From: Verrucomicrobiota bacterium | Lineage (GTDB): Bacteria; Verrucomicrobiota; Verrucomicrobiia; Methylacidiphilales; JBCBYL01 | Reading direction: 5' to 3' | NCBI GenBank assembly: GCA_038748025.1 | Contig: JBCDJI010000014.1 | Span: forward strand, 3,539 to 67,538 | DNA length: 64,000 nt | Shown: positions 9,279-18,620 of the stretch, piece after piece | How the letters are laid out: each line of letters begins with the position of its first letter | Position numbering within the stretch: position 1 is the stretch's first letter | Translations under genes and position numbers: made by a program | Notes under the pieces: generated by a model | What the model was told of the DNA's origin: nothing | Databases searched by the model: none | The model's input: only the letters and a program-made list of their open reading frames with translations

Positions 9279-9907
9279 GACGGGTCTGCAGTTTCAAGCG
9301 GGGTGTTGCTTTTCTTTAATGATTTCAGGTACTCGACCAAAGCCAGCACTTCCCGGGTAGGAATCACTTCGTAGCCTGCTTCCGGCGCATATTTTCCGGT
9401 CAGATTCAAGGCCTGTGGATGCGGTTCATCTCCGATTTTTTGTTTTTTAAACAAAAAAGGATAAGGAGCCATGATCGAACCTTCGGATGTGATTTGCGGA
9501 TGGTAGAGATGCAAAAGGTGCCAGTCTTCGCTGGGCTGCCGAACGCCGATGTTGCTCAAGTCCGGTCCGGTTCGCATCGTTCCCAGCAGCGCGACTTTGT
9601 CGTTGAGATAATCCTCCGGCATGGTGCGACGCTGGCCCCAGCCCATTTTCTGGTCTCCACCGGCATATTCCGGTCGCACCTGCTGGCTGTGACAATACAT
9701 GCAACCCTGAGACACGTAGACTTCACGTCCCAGATCGATGATGTCGGCAGCCGGAGTCGGTCCGATGCCGGCAGTTGCTTCATCGCGCACTTCATTCAGT
9801 GCCCCGAGATTCAGGATCGGAAGAATAACCAGGCCTGCCCAAGATGAACCGATGGTGGCAATAAAACCGATCCAGACCCATAGATATTTTTTGTGACTGC
9901 TGTTCAT
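9275..9907 (-). CDS. ccoO: cbb3-type cytochrome c oxidase subunit II (monoheme)
   Basis: Single heme-c site CMYCHSQQVRP after an N-terminal TM anchor. The start is taken at MNSSHKKYLWVW, just downstream of the ccoN stop; the ORF stays open to 9979. Confidence 0.85.
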   Translation of the reverse strand: MNSSHKKYLWVWIGFIATIGSSWAGLVILPILNLGALNEVRDEATAGIGPTPAADIIDLGREVYVSQGCMYCHSQQVRPEYAGGDQKMGWGQRRTMPEDYLNDKVALLGTMRTGPDLSNIGVRQPSEDWHLLHLYHPQITSEGSIMAPYPFLFKKQKIGDEPHPQALNLTGKYAPEAGYEVIPTREVLALVEYLKSLKKSNTPLETADPS

Positions 9908-9909
9908 TT

Positions 9910-11400
9910 CTAGGTGGAAACGGTTTCCGTATGACGTGGTTGAGCCAGTAAGGTGGGTCGACCACCTTTCGGCGACCACCCCATCAGTAAGAGCGTAAAC
10001 GACAATACAAATGCCAGATGTGCCAGGGTGAGTATGCCGCCCGAAACACTGCGCGCTTGCAGATAGGGGATCGTAATCTGCATGATTTCCATGAAACCCT
10101 TTTCCGCTTTATTCATCTCCCACCCTTGAATCCATCCTCCGATGGAAAGGCTGAAGGTCATTAGTGAGATACCCAGCACACACAGCCAGAAATGGGATTT
10201 GATCAGAAACGCGGATGGCCATTCGCGATTCCAGAGTCGCGGCATGATGTAATAGATTGCACCAAATAACATCATGGTGACAAAGGCATACATTCCGAGG
10301 TGAGCGTGCCCGACGGTGTAATGCGTGAAGTGAGTGATCTGATTCAGAGGTCGTATTGCTGCAGTAGAGCCTTGGATACTGACCAGCGTGTAGCTCATTG
10401 CTGCAAAGACGACAAACCTCAGGGTAGGGCTCCAGCGCACCGCGTCAAAGCTGCCCCGCATTGTCATGTGATGGTTGATGGCCACGGTAATGACTGGAAC
10501 CAGCATCATGACGCTGGCGGCAATACTGGCACTGATCAACCATGCGGGAAAGGGACCGCCGATCAAATGATGCATCCCGTTCCATGCATAGAAAAATGCC
10601 AGGGACCAGAAACCAACCATAGACAGGTAGTAACTGTGGATCGGTTTTCCGATGACTTTTGGAATCAGATAATAGGCAGCGGCCAGACACACCGGGGTAA
10701 ACCAGAGTCCCAAAGCGTTGTGGGCAAACCACCAGTTGATGGGAGGCATGGCAGGCGCCTGAACCGGGAACCAGACGAGCAGAATCGTTGCGGTCGCGTA
10801 CAGCCAGGGAAACCAGCAAAAGGCAGCTAGCACATACCACTGGGAAATGTAAACATGACCCGGTTGCCGGTGGTTCATCATGCGAATGATCTCAAACATG
10901 AAAATTGCAAATGAAATCAGCAGGAAAGGGGTCGCGTAGTAGGGGAATTCCAGCCATTCGATTGACGTGCTGTCACCTCGCAGGATACCGGCAGTGCCGA
11001 CGAGGATTCCAATATTCCAGGAGATGGCTCCAATCCAGAGCAGAGGTCCCTGCCGGAGTTCGACTCGGGTCAATCGCGACATCAACCAGAGCCCGACACC
11101 CAGACAAGCTGTCGAAACCCAGCCATATGCCATTGTATTGAGATGTGCTGGCCGGACCCGGCCAAACGTCAACCAGTCACTGCCGCCTAAAAATTCCGGC
11201 ATGTGCAGTTTCATGGAAGCTGCAATGGCCAGAGCCGATCCCATGAGTAACCAGAACAAGGAAGTGGCAAAAAGCAGTGAAACGACTTTTTTGCACGACA
11301 AGTCGACCAGTTGCCGTTCTACCAGGTTTTTTGCATGATCTGATTCACCAATTTTTTGAGCGCGACTGGTGGTGATAGGTTGCGCTATCGACACACTCAT
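9910..11400 (-). CDS. ccoN: cbb3-type cytochrome c oxidase subunit I
   Basis: 496-aa polytopic heme-copper oxidase-like protein with His-rich helices (HFTHYTVGHAHLGMY, NGMHHLIGGP). It lies between ccoS and ccoO. Confidence 0.9.
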   Translation of the reverse strand: MSVSIAQPITTSRAQKIGESDHAKNLVERQLVDLSCKKVVSLLFATSLFWLLMGSALAIAASMKLHMPEFLGGSDWLTFGRVRPAHLNTMAYGWVSTACLGVGLWLMSRLTRVELRQGPLLWIGAISWNIGILVGTAGILRGDSTSIEWLEFPYYATPFLLISFAIFMFEIIRMMNHRQPGHVYISQWYVLAAFCWFPWLYATATILLVWFPVQAPAMPPINWWFAHNALGLWFTPVCLAAAYYLIPKVIGKPIHSYYLSMVGFWSLAFFYAWNGMHHLIGGPFPAWLISASIAASVMMLVPVITVAINHHMTMRGSFDAVRWSPTLRFVVFAAMSYTLVSIQGSTAAIRPLNQITHFTHYTVGHAHLGMYAFVTMMLFGAIYYIMPRLWNREWPSAFLIKSHFWLCVLGISLMTFSLSIGGWIQGWEMNKAEKGFMEIMQITIPYLQARSVSGGILTLAHLAFVLSFTLLLMGWSPKGGRPTLLAQPRHTETVST

Positions 11401-11582
11401 GATTCAGATCTGGGAAATTTGTCAGTGGGTTCGCCAATGGGCTCAGACGGATCAAAAATCGAAGCCGCACTTTCCTCGGGGTGTTTGAACTGCCCGCTTT
11501 CAGCCGCCCACCAGAAGGAGATGACCGCCGACAGCGTAATTCCTACAAGCACAATCAAAACCAGAGCTCCTGCTAATATCAT
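11397..11582 (-). CDS. ccoS: cbb3 oxidase maturation protein CcoS/FixS
   Basis: 61 aa with a single TM followed by SGQF (WWAAESGQFKHPE), which is the CcoS signature. It overlaps the ccoN start by 4 nt. Confidence 0.8.
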   Translation of the reverse strand: MILAGALVLIVLVGITLSAVISFWWAAESGQFKHPEESAASIFDPSEPIGEPTDKFPRSES

Positions 11583-11730
11583 ACTCGAAACGTAATCTGC
11601 TTTGTCGCAGGAGCAAATGACCAGGATAAACTATAAGTAAGATAAGTAGATGGCCCTGAACCACTAATACTATGTTGCATCGTGCTGTTTACCCGATATT
11701 CTGAAAATATATTGTTACCTTGTAAAAACG

Positions 11731-12102
11731 ATGTCACAGCGCAACACCAGGCAAAAAAAAGCGATTCAGCAAGTGATCGCCCAGGCTGAGCACCCGTTGA
11801 CTGCTCATGAAATCGGAGCGAGAGCAAATGCCAGTGTTCCGGGAATTGGAATTGCCACCATATACCGCGCGTTAAAGCGGCTCCAGCAAGAGCAAGCTGT
11901 CACAGTAGTGGAGCTTTCCGGAAAATCACCGCGCTATGAATCAACTCAGAAAGGGCATCATCATCATTTTGTGTGTTCTGGTTGCGGGCAGGTTTACGAC
12001 CTGCAGGGCTGTTCAGGAAATGTGGAAGCACTTGCTCCCAAAGGTTTTAAGGTTGAAAAACATGAGATTACCTTGTTTGGCCTGTGCCAGGAATGTGCCT
12101 AG
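11731..12102 (+). CDS. Fur-family transcriptional regulator
   Basis: 123 aa. It has a winged-helix N-terminus (IATIYRALKRL), then HHHFVCSGCG...CQEC metal-site motifs. Confidence 0.85.
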   Translation: MSQRNTRQKKAIQQVIAQAEHPLTAHEIGARANASVPGIGIATIYRALKRLQQEQAVTVVELSGKSPRYESTQKGHHHHFVCSGCGQVYDLQGCSGNVEALAPKGFKVEKHEITLFGLCQECA

Positions 12103-12160
12103 GAAGCGTTTGAAAATCTCTCGGACGGCCCTAAGTGGAAATCTACACTTTACGTGTTTT

Positions 12161-12184
12161 CAAATGAGAATAGACTATCATTTG
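12161..12184. promoter_or_regulatory. Candidate Fur-family operator (7-bp inverted repeat CAAATGA-N10-TCATTTG)
   Basis: An AT-rich inverted repeat read directly from the sequence. It lies 13 nt upstream of the MerC-like start and just downstream of the Fur-family gene. Confidence 0.3.
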
Positions 12185-12196
12185 GAAACTTCATGA

Positions 12197-12676
12197 ATGA
12201 ACCGTATTTTACATTTACATAATCACTCCGGCGGCTGGCTGGATTCGCTAGCCATAGGCATGTCGCTGGTTTGTGCAGTGCATTGTCTGATCACACCGGC
12301 TTTGCTGGTCTTGATGCCCATTCTAGCAACAACGTTCTGGGTTCATCAGGATTTTCATCTCTGGATGTTGTTCCTGGTCTTGCCGGTAACAGGGGTGGCA
12401 TTTTTTCTGGGCTGTCGCAAGCATAAGGATCGAATTGTCCTGTTTTTGGGTGGCATGGGGCTAACCTTGCTCGTTGGCGTGGCGATCTATGAATCGTTTA
12501 TTCACGCAGGGTTCAATGCAACAGGCCATGAAACTTGTGCGCATTGCCTGGGGAATGAAACGAGCAAGGTTCTAAATACTGCCATCATGACAAATGTCCT
12601 GGGAGGAGCTTTTCTACTTAGCGGGCACGCGCGGAATTTTATGCTTTGCCGAAGACTGCGCTGCCACCACGAGTAA
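12197..12676 (+). CDS. MerC-domain-like membrane protein
   Basis: 159 aa with four hydrophobic helices. The first helix carries CAVHC (SLVCAVHCLITPALLVLMPIL), and the C-terminus is Cys/His-rich (CAHC, CRRLRCHH). Confidence 0.55.
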   Translation: MNRILHLHNHSGGWLDSLAIGMSLVCAVHCLITPALLVLMPILATTFWVHQDFHLWMLFLVLPVTGVAFFLGCRKHKDRIVLFLGGMGLTLLVGVAIYESFIHAGFNATGHETCAHCLGNETSKVLNTAIMTNVLGGAFLLSGHARNFMLCRRLRCHHE

Positions 12677-12835
12677 TTTCGACCCTATTCGGGTCGGGAA
12701 TTGGTTCCCTAAAGCCGGAACGATAAGAATTATGTGCTTAAACGGCACACTTAATTCAGCTGCAGGTTTTTGAGCTGACGGAATCCTCCGGGTAATTCGA
12801 GTTGAATGAGGCTATACAGCAGATAGACTTCAACG

Positions 12836-13240
12836 ATGAGCAAGACACTCGAAGAGGGATTGGATCTGGATTTAGATTTCAAAAAACTGGCGAAAGTAGC
12901 AGGCACAGGCCATGACATGCTGCCGGTGGTGGTACAGCATGCGGAAAACAAAGAGGTGCTGGTTTTGGCATATACCAATGAAGCAGCATTCAGACACACA
13001 CGGCAGACGGGTATAGCCACCTTTTGGAGTTCTTCCCGGAACGAGCTCTGGGTTAAGGGCCAGACTTCTGGTGATACACTGCGTGTAAAAGAGGTCCGGG
13101 TGAACTGTGAACAGAACTCCCTGCTTTATCTGGTCACTCCTGAAAAAGGTGGGGTGTGTCATACGAAAGATGCGGAGGGAAATACGCGTGAAACGTGTTA
13201 TTACCGATCGCTGATCGGTGAAGAGTTGAAATTTCTGTAG
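12836..13240 (+). CDS. hisI: Phosphoribosyl-AMP cyclohydrolase
   Basis: LLPVVVQH...VLVLAYTNEAAF..T...G.ATFWSSSRNELWVKGQTSGD...V.E.RVNCEQNSLLYLV is the HisI signature. Confidence 0.9.
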   Translation: MSKTLEEGLDLDLDFKKLAKVAGTGHDMLPVVVQHAENKEVLVLAYTNEAAFRHTRQTGIATFWSSSRNELWVKGQTSGDTLRVKEVRVNCEQNSLLYLVTPEKGGVCHTKDAEGNTRETCYYRSLIGEELKFL

Positions 13241-13251
13241 GATAAGATTCC

Positions 13252-13267
13252 TCCCGCGAATGCGGGA
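13252..13267. terminator. Short GC hairpin between convergent genes (weak bidirectional terminator candidate)
   Basis: TCCCGC-GAAT-GCGGGA lies between the hisI stop and the stop of the minus-strand membrane gene. There is no clear U-tract. Confidence 0.3.
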
Positions 13268-13277
13268 TAATCTCGCC

Positions 13278-13799
13278 CTACATTTTTTCCGGGAGATCCG
13301 GCGGGTAATCCCAGTTTGGGTTTTTCCATGCAATGTGGGTGTAAGCGATGATGGCGATCATGCCCCAACTCAAGCCAATCACGACTCCGATATCGACCAT
13401 GCCACGCCAGGGGTGAGGCATCAGCCGGACGCCAATGATGAGTAAGATGATTCCCAAAGTAACCAGGTAGGTAATGATCTTCCTCTTGCGGGTGGCATGG
13501 AAAAAACCCATGCAGAACAGGGGCGCAAAGATGAATTGCGCCCCTGTGCAACGGATAAGCAGGGTGCGGGCGCGGGAGACAACTCGCGGGGAAAACTGCT
13601 GCTGGAACGCCCGGTAGCCTTCGGAATAAGCCATGAAGATCACAATCAGCACAAAAGTAATCCAATGTGCCGGACTCCAGGAACTTTCAAAGGCATGGAG
13701 AGATTCCAGACCAAGCCGCCAACAGGCCTGGCTTAAAATGAGAACCACACCGAGCACACCCCATACCGCAGCGATTTTGTTTTTGAGCGGAGCCTCCAT
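13278..13799 (-). CDS. Hypothetical polytopic membrane protein
   Basis: The ORF is open to 13886. The start is taken at MEAPLKNK to avoid overlapping the divergent gene. It has several hydrophobic helices. Confidence 0.5.
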   Translation of the reverse strand: MEAPLKNKIAAVWGVLGVVLILSQACWRLGLESLHAFESSWSPAHWITFVLIVIFMAYSEGYRAFQQQFSPRVVSRARTLLIRCTGAQFIFAPLFCMGFFHATRKRKIITYLVTLGIILLIIGVRLMPHPWRGMVDIGVVIGLSWGMIAIIAYTHIAWKNPNWDYPPDLPEKM

Positions 13800-13853
13800 G
13801 CGAGATGGTAATTTATATCGTAACAGTAGCTTGGCTACTGCAAAGTAGCGGAG

Positions 13854-14312
13854 ATGGAAACAAAAACAGAACACTATTCCAGCCAAGTGGATACATGGCT
13901 GGTCGCATTGATAGCCTGCATTTTACTGGGGGTTCTGATCCTGGCAGCCTTTATATCATGGAAGAGCGGAGATTATCGTGCTGTGGTTTTTGTGCTGGTC
14001 TGTGAATTAGTCACTGCCGGGATGATGGCATTGATTGCATACCCGTTACAATATCAGCTCAGCCCGGACAAGATGTTAGTCCGATCAGGAGTGATGCGCA
14101 CCGAGGTGCCGGTTCATAAAATTACCGGAATTCAAAAAACCCGGAATCCGTTCAGCGCTCCTGCATGGTCACTGGACCGGCTGAAAATTGATTACGACAA
14201 TAAGGGCTACCCGGCTTATGTCATAGTCTCGCCCACAGACCAGGAACGCTTCATAAAACAGCTGAAATCCTTTCACCATTCATCTTCTGCGGAAATAGAT
14301 CTTTCTAAATAA
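13854..14312 (+). CDS. Membrane-anchored bacterial PH-domain-like protein
   Basis: Two N-terminal TM helices, then a soluble domain (VHKITGIQKTRNPFSAPAWSLDRLKIDY) that resembles bacterial PH (bPH) domains. Confidence 0.5.
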   Translation: METKTEHYSSQVDTWLVALIACILLGVLILAAFISWKSGDYRAVVFVLVCELVTAGMMALIAYPLQYQLSPDKMLVRSGVMRTEVPVHKITGIQKTRNPFSAPAWSLDRLKIDYDNKGYPAYVIVSPTDQERFIKQLKSFHHSSSAEIDLSK

Positions 14313-14516
14313 AAATAATGCAGCAGATATTATATTTAATGTTAGGAAAATGGTTTTATGCCTCTCTACTCCGGGAGTTTTGCAGGCACCATACGTTCAG
14401 TGCGGATATCTCGAACTAACATTTTTTTACGTCAAATAGCCCGGTAGAATATTTTAAAGACCAGCGCGTGACAGACGGTTTACTATTGCCATGACAGTAT
14501 CATTCAATACTCTTAT

Positions 14517-17500
14517 GTGATGAAAATTGCGTTTGAAACCGGATCGAAAAATTCATATTTTTTCAGCAGCGTGAAACGTTTCCATTCCGCTGAATCCGCG
14601 CCCGATGCAATACGGTTGAATGGCCTGGCTGTCAGTCTGCCGCTGCTGGTCTGTGTGCTGGTAACATCCATCGGCCAGGCAGCCCCACCGATCGGGGAGA
14701 TCATTTCCCTGCAAAGCGTCGACGAGAACCTGTTTGTCAACGTGGATCCCTCCAGCGGAGACCGGCTGGAAGCCAATTTTACGGAGGACACCGACACTGC
14801 GCAGCATTTTCTGGTGGAAGATGCTGGCAGTGGTAATATCCGGTTGTTTTCAAGATCCACCCAGGCCTATGTGGTGGCAGGTGCCACCGGTCAGAACCGG
14901 CTCTTTGCCAACGGCACCCAGTCTGATCCGCTGGCGGTATTCCAGTGGACGGATGTGACCAGCAATATCGTGCGCCTGACCAATGTGACACTGGGCAACG
15001 ATGTCAACCACAACGGTAACCAGGACGCCTTGCGTGCGTCTTCAACCGGAACCGGAGCCAACTATCAGTGGATCTGGGAGACCAAGAGCGTGAATGTGCC
15101 CCGCATCGCCAACACATCATTCTCCGACTTTGATACCCCGCTTTACACCATTGATGCTGTAGCCGAGTTCGGGGCAGACAACACGGGGGCTACGGATGCC
15201 TCGGCGGAAATTCAGGCTGCCATTGATGCAGCCTTCGACGCCCACGGTGGAATAGTCTATCTTCCGTCTGGCAATTACCTGCTGCAGAGTTCCATTGTCA
15301 TCAGAAAGTCTGTGACGTTGCGTGGAGACTGGAAAAGGCCAACGGATAGCAACAAGACCGTAGCGGGTACGGTACTTTATATCGATCACGGTGCCGGCAC
15401 GGGTTCACTAGGAACCGATATTTCCGCGATAGAGATTGCAACTGATGCAGGTATTCGCGACCTGTCCATCTACCATCCCGGTCAGACATTGTCCAATCCC
15501 AGCGCTCCGACGGAATATCCCTACACCCTGGAAGGAATAGACACGACCAGTGGCGTCCGGAACGTGACGCTGGTCAATTCCTACCGTGGTATTCGCTATG
15601 GCAATGGGTCTGCTGCTAAATTTGCTACAGTAAACAACGTTTTTGGATCACCCATTCATCGCGGGCTTGAAGTGGACAATGTTTCGGCGGCGACACGGGC
15701 CCAAAATGTTCGTTTCGCTCCCGAGTACTGGACGCAGTCCGGACTGGGTAGTGTAAATCGCAACAAAGTCGTTACTGCCATGCGAGCTTCCAATGGCGCG
15801 GCATTCAATGTTGGAAACGGGCCTGGAGGAGATATCTACGTCGGGTTGACGGCTGACGGCTATGATATCGCTTTGCGAACTTTTAGCGGCGGCGGAGCCT
15901 CACGCTTTTTTGATATGACTTTTGTTAACTGCCGGGTCGGATTCGATTTATCGACCAGCAGTGGTCGACCGCTTCTCTTCACCGCGGGATATGTGCAGGC
16001 TGAGGAGACTGCCGTTCGTCTCTACAATACCTTCAAGAATGCCTCGTTCAGCAATCTCACATTCCTGAGTGATGATGTAGTGGTGCAGCACGACACCGGC
16101 AGTGTCAATTTCACCAAATGCACTTTCCAGGACTGGGGCAGCGGCTACGCCATCGAGTCCAGCAACGGATTCCTGATTACTGCCGGATGTACCTTCGTGC
16201 CGTCCGGTTCCCATATTAATCTGCAGAGTGGCGTCGACCGGGTTTCCATTTTTGGCAACACGCCCAACGGATCGGGACTGGATATCCTCAACAACTCGTC
16301 TGCGGCGGCTGACCAAATCGTGATTGATACCACCTCACCCCACCTGTTTGCTGAGCTGGATTCGTTGACTTATCCGTTCCTCAAACATGACCGGCTCCCT
16401 ACGCCACCGGCAGGGACGGATTATGTCTTCAACGTGATGGATTACGGTGCCATGGGCGATGCGATTACGGATGATACCGCTGCGATCCAGGCTGCCCTGG
16501 ATGCAGCCGGTGCACTCGCCAGTGCCTCGGCGGGCTGCATCGTGCATCTGCCGCCCGGAGCCTACCGAATTGACGGGCGCTTGAACGTGCCATCCTTTAT
16601 TGAGTTCAGAGGCATTCACGACACCGTCTTTAGTAAGGATTCGCGGTCGATACTGGCCGGTTTCGCAGACCAGAATGATCCCAGCCAGCCGGCGATGGTG
16701 ACACTAGCGGCCGACTCGGGAATCAGCGGTATTACATTTTACCGGCCGGATCAGAAATGGGACTCATCACAAGGCATGATGACCTTGATTCCCTATCCCT
16801 ACGCGGTGCGAGGCACAGATCGGAACTGGGCTTACAATATTGTTTTTTCCAATACTTATGACTCTTTGGATTTCAAGTCAGGCGGCGGTCACCACCTCGA
16901 CTTTATCTACACATTTGGTCTCAATCGAACTGTTGACCTCGGTGCCGACGGAGCACCCACTATTTTGGAAAACTTTCAAGGGAAACTGGATTCTTGGAAG
17001 CATGCCAGAAATTATACGCTTCCGGCATTTGTGGCCGCCGGATGGAGGGATGGAGCACCCAACAATAAGCAGGACGGGGGCTTAGCGCCCATCGGTATTG
17101 GTCCAGCTGCTTTTGGGAGTGGGGTATTCCGTTACATGGGGCACTTCATCAACGCCACTGGTGATGACCTGTACCAAATTTTTGGCTCTCCAACTCTCAA
17201 TATCTATATCGGTGGCGGCGAGCACGAGCGGGCCGGAACGCCGAATACTGTTGGGATCAAGATAGATTCAAGTGATCCGGGTATCTTAGACCTGGAAGTC
17301 ATCGGATGTTCCTGGAATCTTAGTGGTATCGGTGTTTCTGAAGGGGTCACAGGTGATGGAGACCGCTTGAACTTCATCAACAATAAAGCAGCTGCAGACG
17401 CCAGCTTGACCCACAGTATCAGTGGTGGTGGTCGTATCGTGGCACAAACCGACTGGCGTGGCGGCAGCACGTATCAAAGCAACTTTAAGCTCGACGGTGA

Positions 17501-18470
17501 CATCGTCGGCATTATCGAGGGCAGTGAGTTTACTTCGTCGCACAGCATATTCATACAGGCGCTTGGTAACAGCCAGGCCAAAGTCTGCGGATCACTGTTC
17601 GATAAGAATCCCGCGGTTGACGACTGGATTTTTGACCCGGCCGATGAGTCGCAGATCTATTTTGTGGGCAATGCACCGGACATTATTGTCGGAGTGACCG
17701 GAAACGGAGGTGCACTGGGTAATATCGATTCAACCGCACCTGCGGCTCCCACCGGGCTGATCACAACTGCCGCTGAAGGCTCCGTGATTCTCGACTGGGC
17801 TGACAACTCAGAGAGTGACCTGGCGCTCTACGGTGTGTCCCGCTCGACAACTCCCGGTGGCCCGTATAAAAATATACAGGATGTTGTCGCCAGCAAGTTT
17901 ACCGATTATGATGTCACGGACGGAACGACCTACTACTACGCCATTACCGCTATCGATAACTCTGCCAACGAGTCCGTTCCCAGCACAGAATCTTCTGCGC
18001 AACCGGATATACTTACGCTGATTCTCTTCGACGATTTCGAAAGCGGTTTCGGAAACTGGACCGATGGCGGTGCCGACTGCATACTCGACACTTCAGGTGG
18101 ATTCGTAAACGGCTCGTCGGGTGTATTAAACCTGCAGGACGACACCAGTTCATCCGTCGCGACAACCGGCGATCTGGCGCTGAGCACCTATTTTGAAATC
18201 TTCGTCGAATTTGATTACGAGATCGTCAGTATGGAGGCTAGCGAGCGCTTTGCGCTGGATATTTCAACGGACGGAGGAGTCACCTATCTGACCGAGCGTG
18301 TCTGGATCAATAATGTTGATTTTGTCAGTGACGCAGGGGTTTACAACAATGAGAGTGTGCTCATTACCGGTGTTCCATTAACCGACCAGACCCGGATCCG
18401 CTTCCGCTGTAATGCAGGTAACAATGGCGATGACGTCTATATTGATGATATCCGTATTTTGGCAAGATAA
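14517..18470 (+). CDS. Large secreted multidomain glycan-active protein: beta-trefoil-like N-domain, two tandem right-handed beta-helix domains (GH55-like), FN3, C-terminal jelly-roll-like domain
   Basis: Two pectate-lyase-3-type entry motifs (FGADNTGATDASAEIQAAIDAA; DYGAMGDAITDDTAAIQAALDAA). FN3-like segment (APTGL...WADNSESDLALYGV...TDGTTYYYAITAIDNSANES). Signal peptide LAVSLPLLVCVLVTSIGQAAP. An in-frame TTG at 14616 is an alternative start. Confidence 0.6.
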   Translation: MMKIAFETGSKNSYFFSSVKRFHSAESAPDAIRLNGLAVSLPLLVCVLVTSIGQAAPPIGEIISLQSVDENLFVNVDPSSGDRLEANFTEDTDTAQHFLVEDAGSGNIRLFSRSTQAYVVAGATGQNRLFANGTQSDPLAVFQWTDVTSNIVRLTNVTLGNDVNHNGNQDALRASSTGTGANYQWIWETKSVNVPRIANTSFSDFDTPLYTIDAVAEFGADNTGATDASAEIQAAIDAAFDAHGGIVYLPSGNYLLQSSIVIRKSVTLRGDWKRPTDSNKTVAGTVLYIDHGAGTGSLGTDISAIEIATDAGIRDLSIYHPGQTLSNPSAPTEYPYTLEGIDTTSGVRNVTLVNSYRGIRYGNGSAAKFATVNNVFGSPIHRGLEVDNVSAATRAQNVRFAPEYWTQSGLGSVNRNKVVTAMRASNGAAFNVGNGPGGDIYVGLTADGYDIALRTFSGGGASRFFDMTFVNCRVGFDLSTSSGRPLLFTAGYVQAEETAVRLYNTFKNASFSNLTFLSDDVVVQHDTGSVNFTKCTFQDWGSGYAIESSNGFLITAGCTFVPSGSHINLQSGVDRVSIFGNTPNGSGLDILNNSSAAADQIVIDTTSPHLFAELDSLTYPFLKHDRLPTPPAGTDYVFNVMDYGAMGDAITDDTAAIQAALDAAGALASASAGCIVHLPPGAYRIDGRLNVPSFIEFRGIHDTVFSKDSRSILAGFADQNDPSQPAMVTLAADSGISGITFYRPDQKWDSSQGMMTLIPYPYAVRGTDRNWAYNIVFSNTYDSLDFKSGGGHHLDFIYTFGLNRTVDLGADGAPTILENFQGKLDSWKHARNYTLPAFVAAGWRDGAPNNKQDGGLAPIGIGPAAFGSGVFRYMGHFINATGDDLYQIFGSPTLNIYIGGGEHERAGTPNTVGIKIDSSDPGILDLEVIGCSWNLSGIGVSEGVTGDGDRLNFINNKAAADASLTHSISGGGRIVAQTDWRGGSTYQSNFKLDGDIVGIIEGSEFTSSHSIFIQALGNSQAKVCGSLFDKNPAVDDWIFDPADESQIYFVGNAPDIIVGVTGNGGALGNIDSTAPAAPTGLITTAAEGSVILDWADNSESDLALYGVSRSTTPGGPYKNIQDVVASKFTDYDVTDGTTYYYAITAIDNSANESVPSTESSAQPDILTLILFDDFESGFGNWTDGGADCILDTSGGFVNGSSGVLNLQDDTSSSVATTGDLALSTYFEIFVEFDYEIVSMEASERFALDISTDGGVTYLTERVWINNVDFVSDAGVYNNESVLITGVPLTDQTRIRFRCNAGNNGDDVYIDDIRILAR

Positions 18471-18620
18471 GTATTGACATTGATCCGATTTGTATCTTAA
18501 CATGGTAGGTATCGAAAGACAGGCTAGCCTAATTTGTTTTGATAAGTATTCTTTAAAACGCACTAAATTAGTTTACTAAACGGTATTTTCTCACCACTCA
18601 CCCTTAGCCAGGATAAAATC

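Noticed and set aside
12751-13333. Minus-strand ORFs 12751..13020 and 12872..13333 overlapping hisI.
   Set aside because: hisI on the plus strand has an unmistakable family signature. The antisense ORFs have no motif support.
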